NCBI GenBank assembly: GCA_951406725.2
Contig: OX597822.1
Location: 37,510,001 to 37,574,000, forward strand
DNA: 64,000 bases
Direction of reading: 5' to 3'
From: Octopus vulgaris
Lineage: Eukaryota
Positions within the stretch are counted from its first letter, which is position 1. Every line of letters starts with the position of its first letter. Below are positions 40,285-52,264 of the stretch, in pieces. The position numbers and the translations under genes are program-made. The notes beneath the pieces were generated by a model, which did no database searches, was not told the DNA's origin, and worked only from the letters and a program-made list of their open reading frames with translations.

Positions 40285-41630
40285 CATAGAAGAGAATCAG
40301 ATATTCTCTGTATAGAATACATTTAGTAGTTCTCAAGGGGTTTAAACTTAAGAGGGTAGTGAAGTAAATGTAAGGACAAGTGAGTTAGGCAGGTCAATAT
40401 ACAAAGTATATGAAATACAAAAAATATATGTAGATTGATTCCATTGTTGGATGAGATGAAAATGGTCTTACATTTGAGGTGTTGACAGAAAGAAGTCAAA
40501 AGATGGAAAAATGTGTGTGTATATATGTATGTATGTATATATATATATATATGTATGTATATATATATATATGTGTATATATATATATATATATCATGAT
40601 CGTTTATTGTCCACTTTCCATGCTAGCATGGGTATATATATATATATGGTGCCTTTTACTATAGCCTTGGCTTGACCGAAGCCTTGTGAGTGGATTTCTT
40701 AGATGGATACTGAAAGAAGCCTGTTGTGTACATTATATACACATACATACATACATATGTATGTGTGTGTGTGTGTGTGTGTTTGACCCCCACCACCACT
40801 TGACAACCAGTGTTGGTCTGTTTAAATCTCTATAACTTAACGGTTCAGCAAAAAAGACAGGTAGAATAAATATCAGACTTTGAAAAATTTTTTTAAAGTA
40901 CAGGGTTTGGTTTGTTTGGCTAAAATGCCCCAGCATGACTGCGGTTTGATGACTGAAATGAGTAAAAGATAAAACAAGACATATATGGAAAACGAACATA
41001 TATAAAGCTATGTTTCCAAGAAGACCAACATGTTTTTGATACATTTCTCTGAAACTTACTAAGTTCTGCTCTTTATTCTGAAATGAAAACTAGAGAAAAA
41101 TCTGTTGGCATTTTAGGTTTCAGGTTTCTTTCCTGTAATGAAACTGTAATAGCTTCAAGTAAGCATGACCATTGACATTTTTAGTTAACTAGGATTTGAC
41201 ATACGACACCGTGGGCCTGACCAGTAGGATGTGCATTCATTTAAGCTTGTGTATGTGAAATTTGACCCAGAGGAGTGAGTGCAGAACATTGAAACTGTGA
41301 AGTATTTACACCATATTTTGACTACTATAACAGTGTGGTGTTCAATATATTGAAATGTAAACAATAAGATAAACAATGTTTGAACTTTTTGTACCTATGA
41401 AATACACAGTGAAACACTTTAATGCTGAAAAACTTCGCAGTAAATAATTGAAAATTAAAGTTGCAGTTACTATTTTCAGCATGTCAGGCATTAAGGAGTG
41501 GTATACAATTTATGCTTATATATATGAGTGAGTGTGTGTGGGTGTACATACTTCTTTATTTTTTTAAGCAGCAGAAAGTCACAAAAGTGATTCAAAGCTT
41601 AGTTTTTTGCTGTTTAAAAAAAAAAAAAAT

Positions 41631-41747
<117 letters not shown>

Positions 41748-42984
41748 GTTCCATTTCTTCTTGTTCTGCAAAACACACACACATCCAATATTATCTGGGT
41801 AATAACCTCATAACATGCATTTAAAAGCTTCTGTGCTGTTGTTGGCTACCATATGCCATCATGCAGCAGGGTTATTCCTTGAGCTGGATAAACATATAAA
41901 ACTCCATTAGTGAATAAAATTATATAAAAATTTATACAAGAAGATAGAATAAACAAGCTTTAATCAAAGCCTCTTTATTCCATCTTCTTGTATGAATTAT
42001 ATATATATGTTCTATGCAATAGAGGCAGTATTAGATTAAACAAGTCATCTGTCTATCATAATTAATACAACTATATCACAAAAATGCAAATTAACTGTTG
42101 TATTTGTCTGTAAATAATGTGTTTCTGCCTCCATAGGGGTCATCAGCATGACAATTGTCCAAAGCTATCTCCAGTTGCCAAGGAATGTAGACATGTATGA
42201 AAAGTGTTGGCCTTGGTTATTTGCAAATACATACCCACACCTGTCCTCTTATTTCCAGACAATGGCATGTGTTCATATGTTCATGCATACACATATGTTG
42301 TGGGTGAAGGCGTGTGGCCTAGTGGTTAGACTGTTGCACTCATCATTGCTGGATCGTGGGTTTGATTCCATGACTGGGTAGTGTTGTTGTGTTTCACGTT
42401 GCTCCATTCCCCCTTTGATCAGCAGAGATTGTTGGTTGCTCACCTAGCCAGCAATGGGGCATCATTTGAAGGCTAAAACAATGCAAAAGCGCAATGTGAC
42501 CAGCGATGTGTAACATCTGATAGCCTGATTGGTCATGTGATTACATGACATATTGCGGAGGCACATGGTTTAGTTGTCAAAGGTGTTGCACTCATGGTTG
42601 TAAGATTGTGGTTTCGAATCTGAGACCGGGCGATGCATTGTTCTCTGGAGAAAAACACTTCTTTTCACATTTCTCCAGTCCACCCAACTGGCAAAATTTA
42701 ATTGTCCTATCCAGTGGAGTTATATACACACCACAGAATCTGGGAAAACAGCCTAATGAACTGATGGCACAGGAGGACCTTTGAGCCTTCTTTCTTTTTT
42801 GATACATATATATGTATATATATAGTTAAAATTTACAGAAAAAACAAGACGAAGGCAAGTGTATGAACGGCAAGTTGGTGTATTAGTTTGATGCTCGGGA
42901 AAGTGAGAAAGTCTTTTACGTTTTGACCCTACAACAGAATGGAATAAGGGAAAATAAACAGAGAACATAAAAAAACTTGTGGAT

Positions 42985-43028
<44 letters not shown>

Positions 43029-43568
43029 TGCATGTGTGTGTGTGTGTTTATGTAATTTAATATAAATGAAGGAACAGGAGATTATGCAAATGAAGTTCAT
43101 TGCATAATCTGTTTTTTATCATTCATCTAGTTTCATATTGCACTCTGTCCTTGACTAAATCTTTATTCTGAAGCATATGTATACTGAGTTCTAGTACCAG
43201 GTGATTAGTGTTGCTGTGCCTAAGTGAAATATTAAAATATATTTGTGAATGTATATTTGTTTGTGTGTGTATATTTATTTGTATGTGTATTTATATCTGT
43301 ATGTATATGTGTGTGCATGTATGTTTGTCTGTGTATATATGTATCATGATGATGATATATTTATATATGTATGTATTTGGATTTGTAAGTTTATGCATGT
43401 GAGTGTGTGTATGTATATATGTATAAAAAACAGCCAACAACTGATGAAGGGTTGTTCTTTATGTTTGTTTTGTTTTCCATTTGTGTCTTTCGTTGTTCGA
43501 AAAAATAATTCATATTCCATGTACTCGTATTTTGTTGTACACATTCCATGATGTCCTGTGCCCACATA

Positions 43569-43610
<42 letters not shown>

Positions 43611-43744
43611 GTGTGTGTGTGTACATATATGTAAGTATGTACATATATATATATATTATTATTATGATATATCTATTGTAAGTATGCATATATAATTCGT
43701 ATTTTTTATATTTCAATTCTTTCTCTGTCTCTCTATTATTACAG

Positions 43745-43915
43745 TCACAGCTGAATGAGTTAGAAGATAAGTACAAAAAGGCTATGGTGGGTTCAGCCCA
43801 ACTCCATAATGAGAAGCAGGCCCTTGTTTATGAAGTTGACCTCCTTAAGGATCAGCTGGAAGAACAGGAGGAAGAAGTCATTGAATATCAACGTCAGTTT
43901 AAGGATAAATGTAAA
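43745..43915 (+). CDS. LRRFIP2: LRRFIP coiled-coil exon ([57 protein letters not shown])
   Basis: Acceptor ttattacag, donor AAA|gtaagt; 171 nt, phase 0/0. Matches the LRRFIP signature E.KYKKAMV..AQL.NEK..L.Y.VD.LKD. Confidence 0.95.
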
Positions 43916-46483
43916 GTAAGTTTATTAAGTGCTCCATTTCCATGTGGCAACATGTTTCTGCTGAGTTAAAAGCCACATGTTTTGTGTAGTAGCCTGCCTT
44001 TTGTGTAGACATAGTTGGAGGTAACAGGATCTCCTCCCACAGGCTTCTGTCGGTGGCTTATCAGTTATAATCATCCATAAGTGTTAGAAATAAGTATCCT
44101 TCACACTTACCACTCTTGTCATTCTGAAAGAGGGAGACTAAGTGGTTGTTTGATCAGCTAAAAATTGCAGCCAAATTTTCTTAAATTGTGTCATATCGCT
44201 TTCATAAATGAGGAACACTTTGCACAGTATAATACAAGATATACAAAATAAAAGAATGGTCACTGCTGTGAAAGCATATGGCCTAGTGGTTAGGGTGTTG
44301 CACTCATGATTGCCAGATCATGGGTTCAATTCCGGGGCGATGTGTTGTATTCTTGAACAAAACACTTCTTTTTGCAAGATGTATCTATAAAACTAATTTA
44401 GGGGTCCACCAGAGTAAAATAGTAATCAAAGGGGTCCATAGGTAAAAAATAGTTGAAAATTACTGATGTAGAGGCATCCTTCATGGCTTGCTATGACTGT
44501 GTGATTTAACTCTTCCTCAGTTATACAAACCCATAGGTATCACCTCTCTTTCTATGTCACAGAAGAGCGGTTAGCTGTAGGAAGAACCTTATTCAACTGT
44601 AAAACTGCATACACACAGATAAAAGCAATAAATTAAGTATGTTTAGTCTCATTTCTTGTATGTGACTGGAAGTATTATCTCCTTTGACAGAAGTGCTACT
44701 CTAAAGCAATGTGTTCACTTCCAAAGGTTCATAATTACAGGTTTGAATTGTACAGCAGTTCATTTAGACCATTACACCAATTTTGATGTACTAGCACTAT
44801 ACACATGTTCTTGAAATAAAGTTCTTGTGTTACATGCGTAATGTAAAAAGAAATTGACTGAAGTAAAACTGAAAAAAATGAAATCAACCTACCTCTCATG
44901 TTAGAATAGAGCAATTTGATGTTTCATTCAGCTAAAACAAGTCATTCTGAGAATTCATGAACAAGAATAGAGCAAATGTTTCCGTGGAATGAATATTTCT
45001 ACTCTGGCTGAATTCTCTGCAATGAGAGGCCAAATTTTGGTTTCCTCTTTATAAGGTTAGTGCCTGATTGAGGAGCACTTTTCTGTCTGCTTGATGAAAA
45101 TGGCAAATAACAAACAATTCCCTTGGTTACATGAAGGTCACTTCACAAAAACATTGTTGCTTCTATTATATTCTTCCTATTCATGTAAAATATTGAAACA
45201 AAAGAAATCTTAAAGTGCCCAATAATACATCGGTTAATGTGTAATTGAATTAGTTTGATGGTAAAAACCATATAAATTGGCATGCATATTTGTGTGTGAA
45301 GGGTGTTATTTAGCCTTAGGCTGGCTCTGACTGAGCAGACCTATAAAGTTATTCTAGACATTACTATCTTTCTTTTTCAGTTTCACCAAGAACTCTTGCA
45401 CTATATTATCTAAACTGCCCTTCCTTTTTTAAGACAATTGGATGTGTTTTGAAAGAGATTTGTCTGCTAGTTAAACATTAAGGGGCTTGTCCATAAATAG
45501 TAAAAGGACATAACTCTAGAGGGTTACATAATTTTTTTTATATTTATGTACTTGAGTGTGAACACAACACACTACTCTTCTTTCAGGTCCCTAACTCTTT
45601 ACTTCAAACCCATCATATAGGGTGTTGATACAACTAAACAAATTTATCTTCCCTTACATTATATATTAATGATATCTTAACTTTATGATGTCTTAGTTAC
45701 CTGACATCTTAGTGCAATGGGTATTAGTGGTGTTGTCCTTGCTAAGTGTTATCTTAATTATGTAATGTCTTGACTATATGATGAGCTTGCTTCCCAACTA
45801 CATGGTTCTGGGTTCAGTCCCACTGCATGGCACCTTAGGCAAATGTCTTCTACTATAACTCCAGGCCAACTAAAGCCTTGTTAGTGGGTTTGGTTAAATA
45901 AAGCCTGAAAGAAACCTATTGTGTGTGTGTGGTTTTGTTTCTTTGGCTGACATCGTGTGGTAGCTGTAAAATGATTGTCACTGTCATACAAGCTGTGTCA
46001 GTCATTTCCAATGATTTATGAGAAAATGGTCTGGCCATGGAGAAATATTACCTTGCTTGGAAACAGATGACAGTTGGTGATAGTAAGGGCATCTGGTTGC
46101 AGAAAATATGCCTTTGTAAACTCCATCCCAAGCATGAAAGCCTGGAAAAACATATGTTAAAATGGTGGTGATAATGATATGTACTACATCATAGTCAAGA
46201 AAAGGAGGAAGGCTAAATATTATCCTCTTCCTCCTCGTTTTCCTCATTGTGAATTAACGATGTAGAATTATGTATAATATTGTAAAACATTACCAGATAT
46301 CTAGAGCAGCCATATATGCACTCTAGTTCCTGGTGCTCGTAAGTCTCATCTTTTTTCATGCCTAGTATGTTACTGGTACCTACTTAACTATGGAGGTAAT
46401 TTTATATCATATTGACATACTTACTAATCTCTTTCTCTTCTCTCTCTCTCTCTCTCTCTTTCTTTCTTTCATTTATTTTCCAG

Positions 46484-46576
46484 GAACTTGAGTCCAAAAA
46501 ACGATCATATCAAGACTTAGACACTGAATGTAAAACTGCCAAATACCAACTTGAACAAAGAGATAAGATTATTCGC
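46484..46576 (+). CDS. LRRFIP2: LRRFIP coiled-coil exon (ELESKKRSYQDLDTECKTAKYQLEQRDKIIR)
   Basis: (TC)n pyrimidine tract then ttttccag, donor CGC|gtaagt; 93 nt, phase 0/0. Resembles the LRRFIP ELE.QK...L.QRD.LI segment. Confidence 0.9.
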
Positions 46577-47880
46577 GTAAGTTAATTTTCCTTCTCCTTT
46601 TTCTTCCAGCATCTGCAAATTTTAGAGGATGTAATGTGTTTTTATTTATTCTCACTGTGTTGCTTAGCAGCACCACCACCACCATCCCTAGTCTAGTGGA
46701 CCCATAGTCATTTCTTCACATCCTATTCTTCAGACGTAGCGTATCTAGAACTAAATGATCTAATCTGTTCTTTCTCTTTTAAAGATGGTAGAGTGTGATT
46801 TGAAGTAGATTTGGCTGCTATTTCTGACAAGCTGAATACCCATGTTGAGGTTACCTTACTTTCTTTACTAGAGTACAGTGTGATCTCAAATATAACATGA
46901 TCACCACTGTTTGTACCAAAAATTCCTCAATATATTTCATCCTATTTATTTTTTGACACTCATGTGTCTCCGGTTTCAACTCTGATGTTTTGTCTCAAGT
47001 TTCATGCATTATACTGAAAACAACAACATAATCTTAAAAATGGCAGACACATTCATATCTCAAAGAAACAAGTCATTCTGCCTTAAATCCTAAAGATGAC
47101 TCCTGATGTGGTTCCAAAAGCAATTACATATCAAAATTAGGTGACTCCTGTTTACACACACATAACTGTAAGGCCTGCCAGCCACTTCCTTCCTCCTTGA
47201 ACGTTACCTCAGATGCATCATTCAGGGAGTTTAATTCAGGGAAGCTATAATGTCACATGATGTCGAAGGTTACGTGATCACATAGTTCACCTGCATATTG
47301 CCAGACACAAACCTTTGTCTTTTCCTCACTTAGGACCTGTACATGATGTCTTCATTGACTGCTTATCTAATAATGAACTCCATTTACTTGAGTGTCATGG
47401 GTGATGGCCATCATTGATCTGCAGGGTCCTGCTGAACAACCTCAACCATTTTGATGGTGTCTGACTCCAAAACCCAAGAATATTTCTTTGTCTTGGCCAA
47501 GGATGAAGTCCTCACCAGGGTCTTCCAGTTCTTTCTTAAACACAAGCAATCCAACCACATTCAGAAAGCTGTTTATCCTTAAACTGTTGTGTTTGATGGA
47601 TAGAGCCATCAACATGGCATAACTTTTCCTTTAGGGTCTGCCATGTTGATGACTGTCAGTTTGTCTGAAAAGGATATAAGTAAAATTTTTCTCCATGTCC
47701 TATAACATTATATTATGTTGCTTTTGATTTTCAACTCACCAAAGTTAGTTCTCAAATATCCCACGTGCCTATTTGACCATTTCTCTTCCCCTACCCACCA
47801 TTTATGCTTTCATTTGTATTTCCTATAATTGTTCTTGTGAATTTCTCTTTTGATTGTTTTGTTCTTTATCTTTTTGGCAG

Positions 47881-50190
47881 GAAAATGGTATGGTTATTAT
47901 CATCTCAGATGAAGGTGTTTGGTCTTTGGTAAAGGCGTCATCACCAAACGGCCCACTAACAGCTGGAATTCCAACATTGGACATCGTCGACTCCAAATTG
48001 TCACATGATGTGGACTCGTCGTTAGGTACTCGTAATCTCTCCCATCAATCTGTGTCAGACAACGTAAAGGCTGCAACAGAAATTAGTGCTAAACTGACTG
48101 AGACAGTTGATATGTTACCCAGTGTTACTACAGCCAAACCTAACTACTGTAATGTTAGTGTCCAGGTTAATTTAGATTCAATAAGCCCAGAACAGAAACA
48201 AAGTAGGGATAGATTTGTTCCTATCACGAACAAGTCTGTAGCACCCAATATGGCTGGCTTATACAGTACTGGTAGTTCTGTTGATGTCTCCAACACTATC
48301 ACTAGCTCCCCAGGTCTTTATGTATGTCATATGCCTTCCTCTCAGTCAAGCAGGTCACCTGTTAAAGAGTCTGATGTCACATCAGCCTCGATTAGTGAGG
48401 AGGAAGATGAATTCTTTGATGCTATTAACTTGTCAGAGAGAGGATCCGTTTCCTCTCCCAGTCGAAGTGTTCCAGTAATACTTGAGAGTTCTGTTGATGA
48501 AGGGGAATCAGTTGATAACAGTATTGTTTCTGCTGACTCCTTCTCCTCTGACGTTTTATTCAGTGACTTACGTGTGAGCAGTGTTGATCCAGAGCCAGAA
48601 GAAGCCCCTCTTGTTTTTGACACATGCACACCAACTGTTTTTGATCAGAAAAACACTTCGATTGATGACAATAACAGTTCCAATGCAGCTGAAATATACC
48701 TTGATGAAAACAGTAACCCTGCTTTGCTCAGCACAGATATTCAGAGTGAGATTCAAGCAGAGAGTGATGAAGAGAGCATAGATTTCCTGCCATCTTATGG
48801 TACTTACAAAGACCTTGATGAAGATGGACAGAGTACTGATATTGAGTATCTCAAAGATGATGATAATATTCTTTTAGACAAGTCTCTTGAAGAAGAGTCT
48901 AGTGACTTTGATCAGGTTGACAAGCTGTCTGCTCTTACTACTTCAGGTAAGATAAAAACTGGTTATGTGTATAAATCAGTATCAGATACAAACACTGATC
49001 AGTTAACTTCTGACAAACATCTGCCTGAAAGTATGAATTATGAGACAGCTATAAGTGGAGATTCAGCTGCTTCTTCAATCAGTAAATCTAATTTGCAGGA
49101 ATCAATAACTCCTGACTCTGTTGACACCCAAAAGCCTCCATTTAGTGTCAATCCGTATGAGACGTATATTGGTGGTGAGCCTTTAATTTCTGATAATGAT
49201 GACCATAATAATAATGCAAATAATGATAACAATAATTTTAATGACTTTAGTTCAGATGCTTCTGTTCTCTCAAACAATCATCCAAATGAAGCTAACCGTG
49301 ACAAAATCTCTGAGATGGAAAACAAAGAACCACAGTGTTCAGAGCAACAGCCAGGTCTGTTAATGGAAGGGTCAGGTTTAGCAGCAGCTGTAGAGGAAAG
49401 TAGCTCCTTGGTTAGTGGGGTTAATATCAGGGATAGTCTAGGTGAAGCCACTACTGTGGCTGCATGTGAAAATGCAGATATGACTTTTGATGATTTAAAA
49501 GATGATGATAGGGAAGACAAAAGAATATCTTGTGAAGGAATTTCTGTTGAGGGTGGGGAGCACGGAGATCCTGTTAGTGTAGGAGATGTTGAAAGTCATC
49601 AAATGGATACATCTCAGGTTTCCATTGAACCTGAACCAGATGATGTTGCATTTTATTCCAGGATTGAGCAGTACACTGAACAAGATGAGGTCTTTAATAC
49701 TTCTCTATCTCCAGAGACTCTCATGTTTTCCCCTGGGGTCACATTTGATAAACCTCCAACATATCCCGTTTCTAACAAAAAGCTGGATATAATTCAGGAG
49801 GCAACAGTTTCAAATTTAGAATTTGAGGAAGATGAGGAAGAAGAGGGTGGTGGTCTGCTGAAATACACTGATGACGATTTGTTTGAAATTCTCGACTCTG
49901 CACCCTCCCCAACACATGAAGCAGCAGTTGAGAAGCCTCAGGAAGTTCCAGTAGTACTTGAGGGTACGACCGAGCCCGATTTTTTAAGGTCCCCATCACA
50001 GGGCAGTTTGTCAGACTCTAGGAACAGGTTAAGTTCTGATCTATCTGAACCTGGATCACCATTTGGGGATGATGTTTCTCAGCCTCACCCTCAGGAACAT
50101 AAAACCAAGAAGGCTCATGGATCAAAGAAGCTGTTTGATCATTTCAAATCTTGGAAAAAGAAAGATAAAAGGGGTAGGAAAGACAACTAA
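47881..50190 (+). CDS. LRRFIP2: LRRFIP long terminal exon (769 aa acidic, Ser/Asp/Glu-rich tail ending in a basic cluster, stop TAA)
   Basis: Acceptor tttttggcag at 47871-47880 in phase 0. Starts ENGMVII (equivalent to the LRRFIP 'KHG(L/I)(V/I)I' position) and stays open for 2.3 kb in AT-rich DNA. The ORF-track start at 47854 is intronic. Confidence 0.88.
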   Translation, partial: ENGMVIIISDEGVWSLVKASSPNGPLTAGIPTLDIVDSKLSHDVDSSLGTRNLSHQSVSDNVKAATEISAKLTETVDMLPSVTTAKPNYCNVSVQVNLDSISPEQKQSRDRFVPITNKSVAPNMAGLYSTGSSVDVSNTITSSPGLYVCHMPSSQSSRSPVKESDVTSASISEEEDEFFDAINLSERGSVSSPSRSVPVILESSVDEGESVDNSIVSADSFSSDVLFSDLRVSSVDPEPEEAPLVFDTCTPTVFDQKNTSIDDNNSSNAAEIYLDENSNPALLSTDIQSEIQAESDEESIDFLPSYGTYKDLDEDGQSTDIEYLKDDDNILLDKSLEEESSDFDQVDKLSALTTSGKIKTGYVYKSVSDTNTDQLTSDKHLPESMNYETAISGDSAASSISKSNLQESITPDSVDTQKPPFSVNPYETYIGGEPLISDNDDHNNNANNDNNNFNDFSSDASVLSNNHPNEANRDKISEMENKEPQCSEQQPGLLMEGSGLAAAVEESSSLVSGVNIRDSLGEATTVAACENADMTFDDLKDDDREDKRISCEGISVEGGEHGDPVSVGDVESHQMDTSQVSIEPEPDDVAFYSRIEQYTEQDEVFNTSLSPETLMFSPGVTFDKPPTYPVSNKKLDIIQEATVSNLEFEEDEEEEGGGLLKYTDDDLFEILDSAPSPTHEAAVEKPQEVPVVLEGTTEPDFLRSPSQGSLSDSRNRLSSDLSEPGSPFGDDVSQPHPQEHKTKKAHGSKKLFDHFKSWKKKDKRGRKDN

Positions 50191-51215
50191 ATAGCTTTGA
50201 AAGGAGGGTTTTTATTGACAAGAAGCAAGTGAGGTTAGTATTAGAGTGGAATGAGCTTTGACGTGTTTGAAATTTTAGCCGAATGTAGTTTAATTTAAAG
50301 AACTAGTGGTCATTTAACTTTTTAAACCTTTGCTATTTGAAGAGTTCCTAAAAGCTCTATTGAAATTTACCAAGACTTTGATCCATTTAACAAAAACACA
50401 GTTTGTTTCCTTTCTTCCCCTAATACTACATTTCAACTAATTGTAGGGTTTTCATTAAAGATAGGGGACCAATGTGTTTAACCAAGTGTGTGTAGGGTTG
50501 TAACATAGGTGGAATACTTCTGATTGAGTTACTTTATGTCATCTAACAGACATGCTGTCATCCTGGTTTCAATTTCCAACAAAGATCAACATGCAAGCCA
50601 GAAATTGTATCTGTTGGTTAGTTGGTTGCTGGGGTAGCTAAGAAGGATGCCCACCTCTATATTAGTGGGAACAACCATAGTACTAGATGTAGCTTTCAAT
50701 GACGTCTGACAATACATTGATTTTTTTTTTTCACTTTTTTTCTTCTCCAATTTGCAGAGAAATTCTTCAAGTAACATGCATTCCATATAAGTTAAGAGTC
50801 TATATACTAAATGGCATTTACAGAAAAAAAAAAAATTTCGAAATTTGTTGAGAAACAAAGATCAGATTTTTTTTTTCTCCAAACGTGAATTAATTTTTTG
50901 AAAATTAATTCTTAATTACATGAAATTATCTCCCCTTCTCTTTCAGAGTTGCTAAAAATTGCCTCTAGGTTTTCAATTTCTTTCTCCAACTGAGGGAGAG
51001 AAATTTCAATTAATTGATTATTATTTTTTTTTTTTGCATATGTCATTTAATACATCACCTTGAACTTATTTTAAAAAATTTATGCCATTGATCCACTTAA
51101 CTTCCTTTAGCTCATTATATTTATATATGCCATATATATATATATATAAGGATTCTATAATTGTTATATAATTGTATTATATATATATAAGAATTCTATA
51201 ATTGTTATATAATTG

Positions 51216-51249
<34 letters not shown>

Positions 51250-52264
51250 ACAATTATAGAATCCTTGTCCATGTTGCTGCTAGTTTTAAGGACATTCAGT
51301 CTTGTTGAGTATTTGTCAGACATCAGTTGACATTCTTCACATTTGAAATTTCATTGTTCACACTCATTCACACACACATATGCATACACATACGTACATA
51401 TCTATACAATACACACACACATACATGTTTAAATTTACAAATGAGGAAAAAAAAAGTAGTCCATACCTATAACAGACCTCTAATCCTTTATTTGAAACTG
51501 TCTTCTCAACCTTCAGAATATAAAACAATATAAACGTTACTCTAAATTAAGCATGTCGTGTACACACAAGCACATGCTCTCTTTGATACCACCATGTAAT
51601 ACCATCGATATTCTAGGGTCTCACACCTAATTTCTTAGCATTCCTTGCTACCTATGAAAGAGGTAAAAAACAACTAAATCTCTTTCTTTCTTACTTATTT
51701 ATCCTGCTCTAACATTTCTCATTTCCTCTTCTTTTTTCTTCTTTTTGTGTTGTTCTTGAAAAGTTTTGTCTTTTGTGTTGTTCTTGAAAAGTTTTGTCTT
51801 TTGTGTTTTTTCGTCATTGTCTTTCGTTGTCATCTTTCGTTTCCCTAACCCCTTTTCATCTTTCGTTTCTCCAACCCCTTTTCTTGGTCTTTCATGTATT
51901 GTTTTTCGTATTTTTTCACCTCCTGTCTTTTCTTCTTCTATCTTCTCCTATCCTTTCTTCTTCTATCTCCTCTTTCTTCTTCTCTTTCTGTTAATGTTTC
52001 CACTCCCCCTTGCCTACTTGTTGCTCCATCACTTTCCCATCTCATACTCGAACCACCCTCACACAACCCAATGTGCCTTACTCATCATATACCATAACTG
52101 ACTGACATGACATGGTGATGGTGGGGAAATACTTCGACAGTCTCACTTGAAAACTGTCCCTGTCCTGCATACGCGTGTCTGTGTGCATCTGGGGTTAATC
52201 TGGAAAATTTTAGCTGGCTTTGTTTTTGTATGTGTGTATTGTTTTTTATTTTCCATCTTATTAT

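Noticed and set aside
43436-43510. CTGATGA...CGAAA as a second hammerhead
   Set aside because: Core boxes are present but I could not form stem II or stem III convincingly.
47040-47700. Moderately GC-richer intronic stretch, possible decayed retroelement or exon
   Set aside because: No recognisable motif or open splice-compatible frame was found by eye.
47854-47880. ORF-track start of the 778-aa ORF as a stand-alone gene
   Set aside because: The start is a TTG within the polypyrimidine tract; the acceptor at 47880 joins it in frame to the upstream LRRFIP exons.
48342-49999. Antisense and alternate-frame ORFs within the large exon
   Set aside because: Short shadows of the main reading frame's codon composition.
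51744-51810. 28-bp tandem duplication (and the duplicated microsatellite block at about 40145-40250)
   Set aside because: Ordinary slippage duplications with no further structure.
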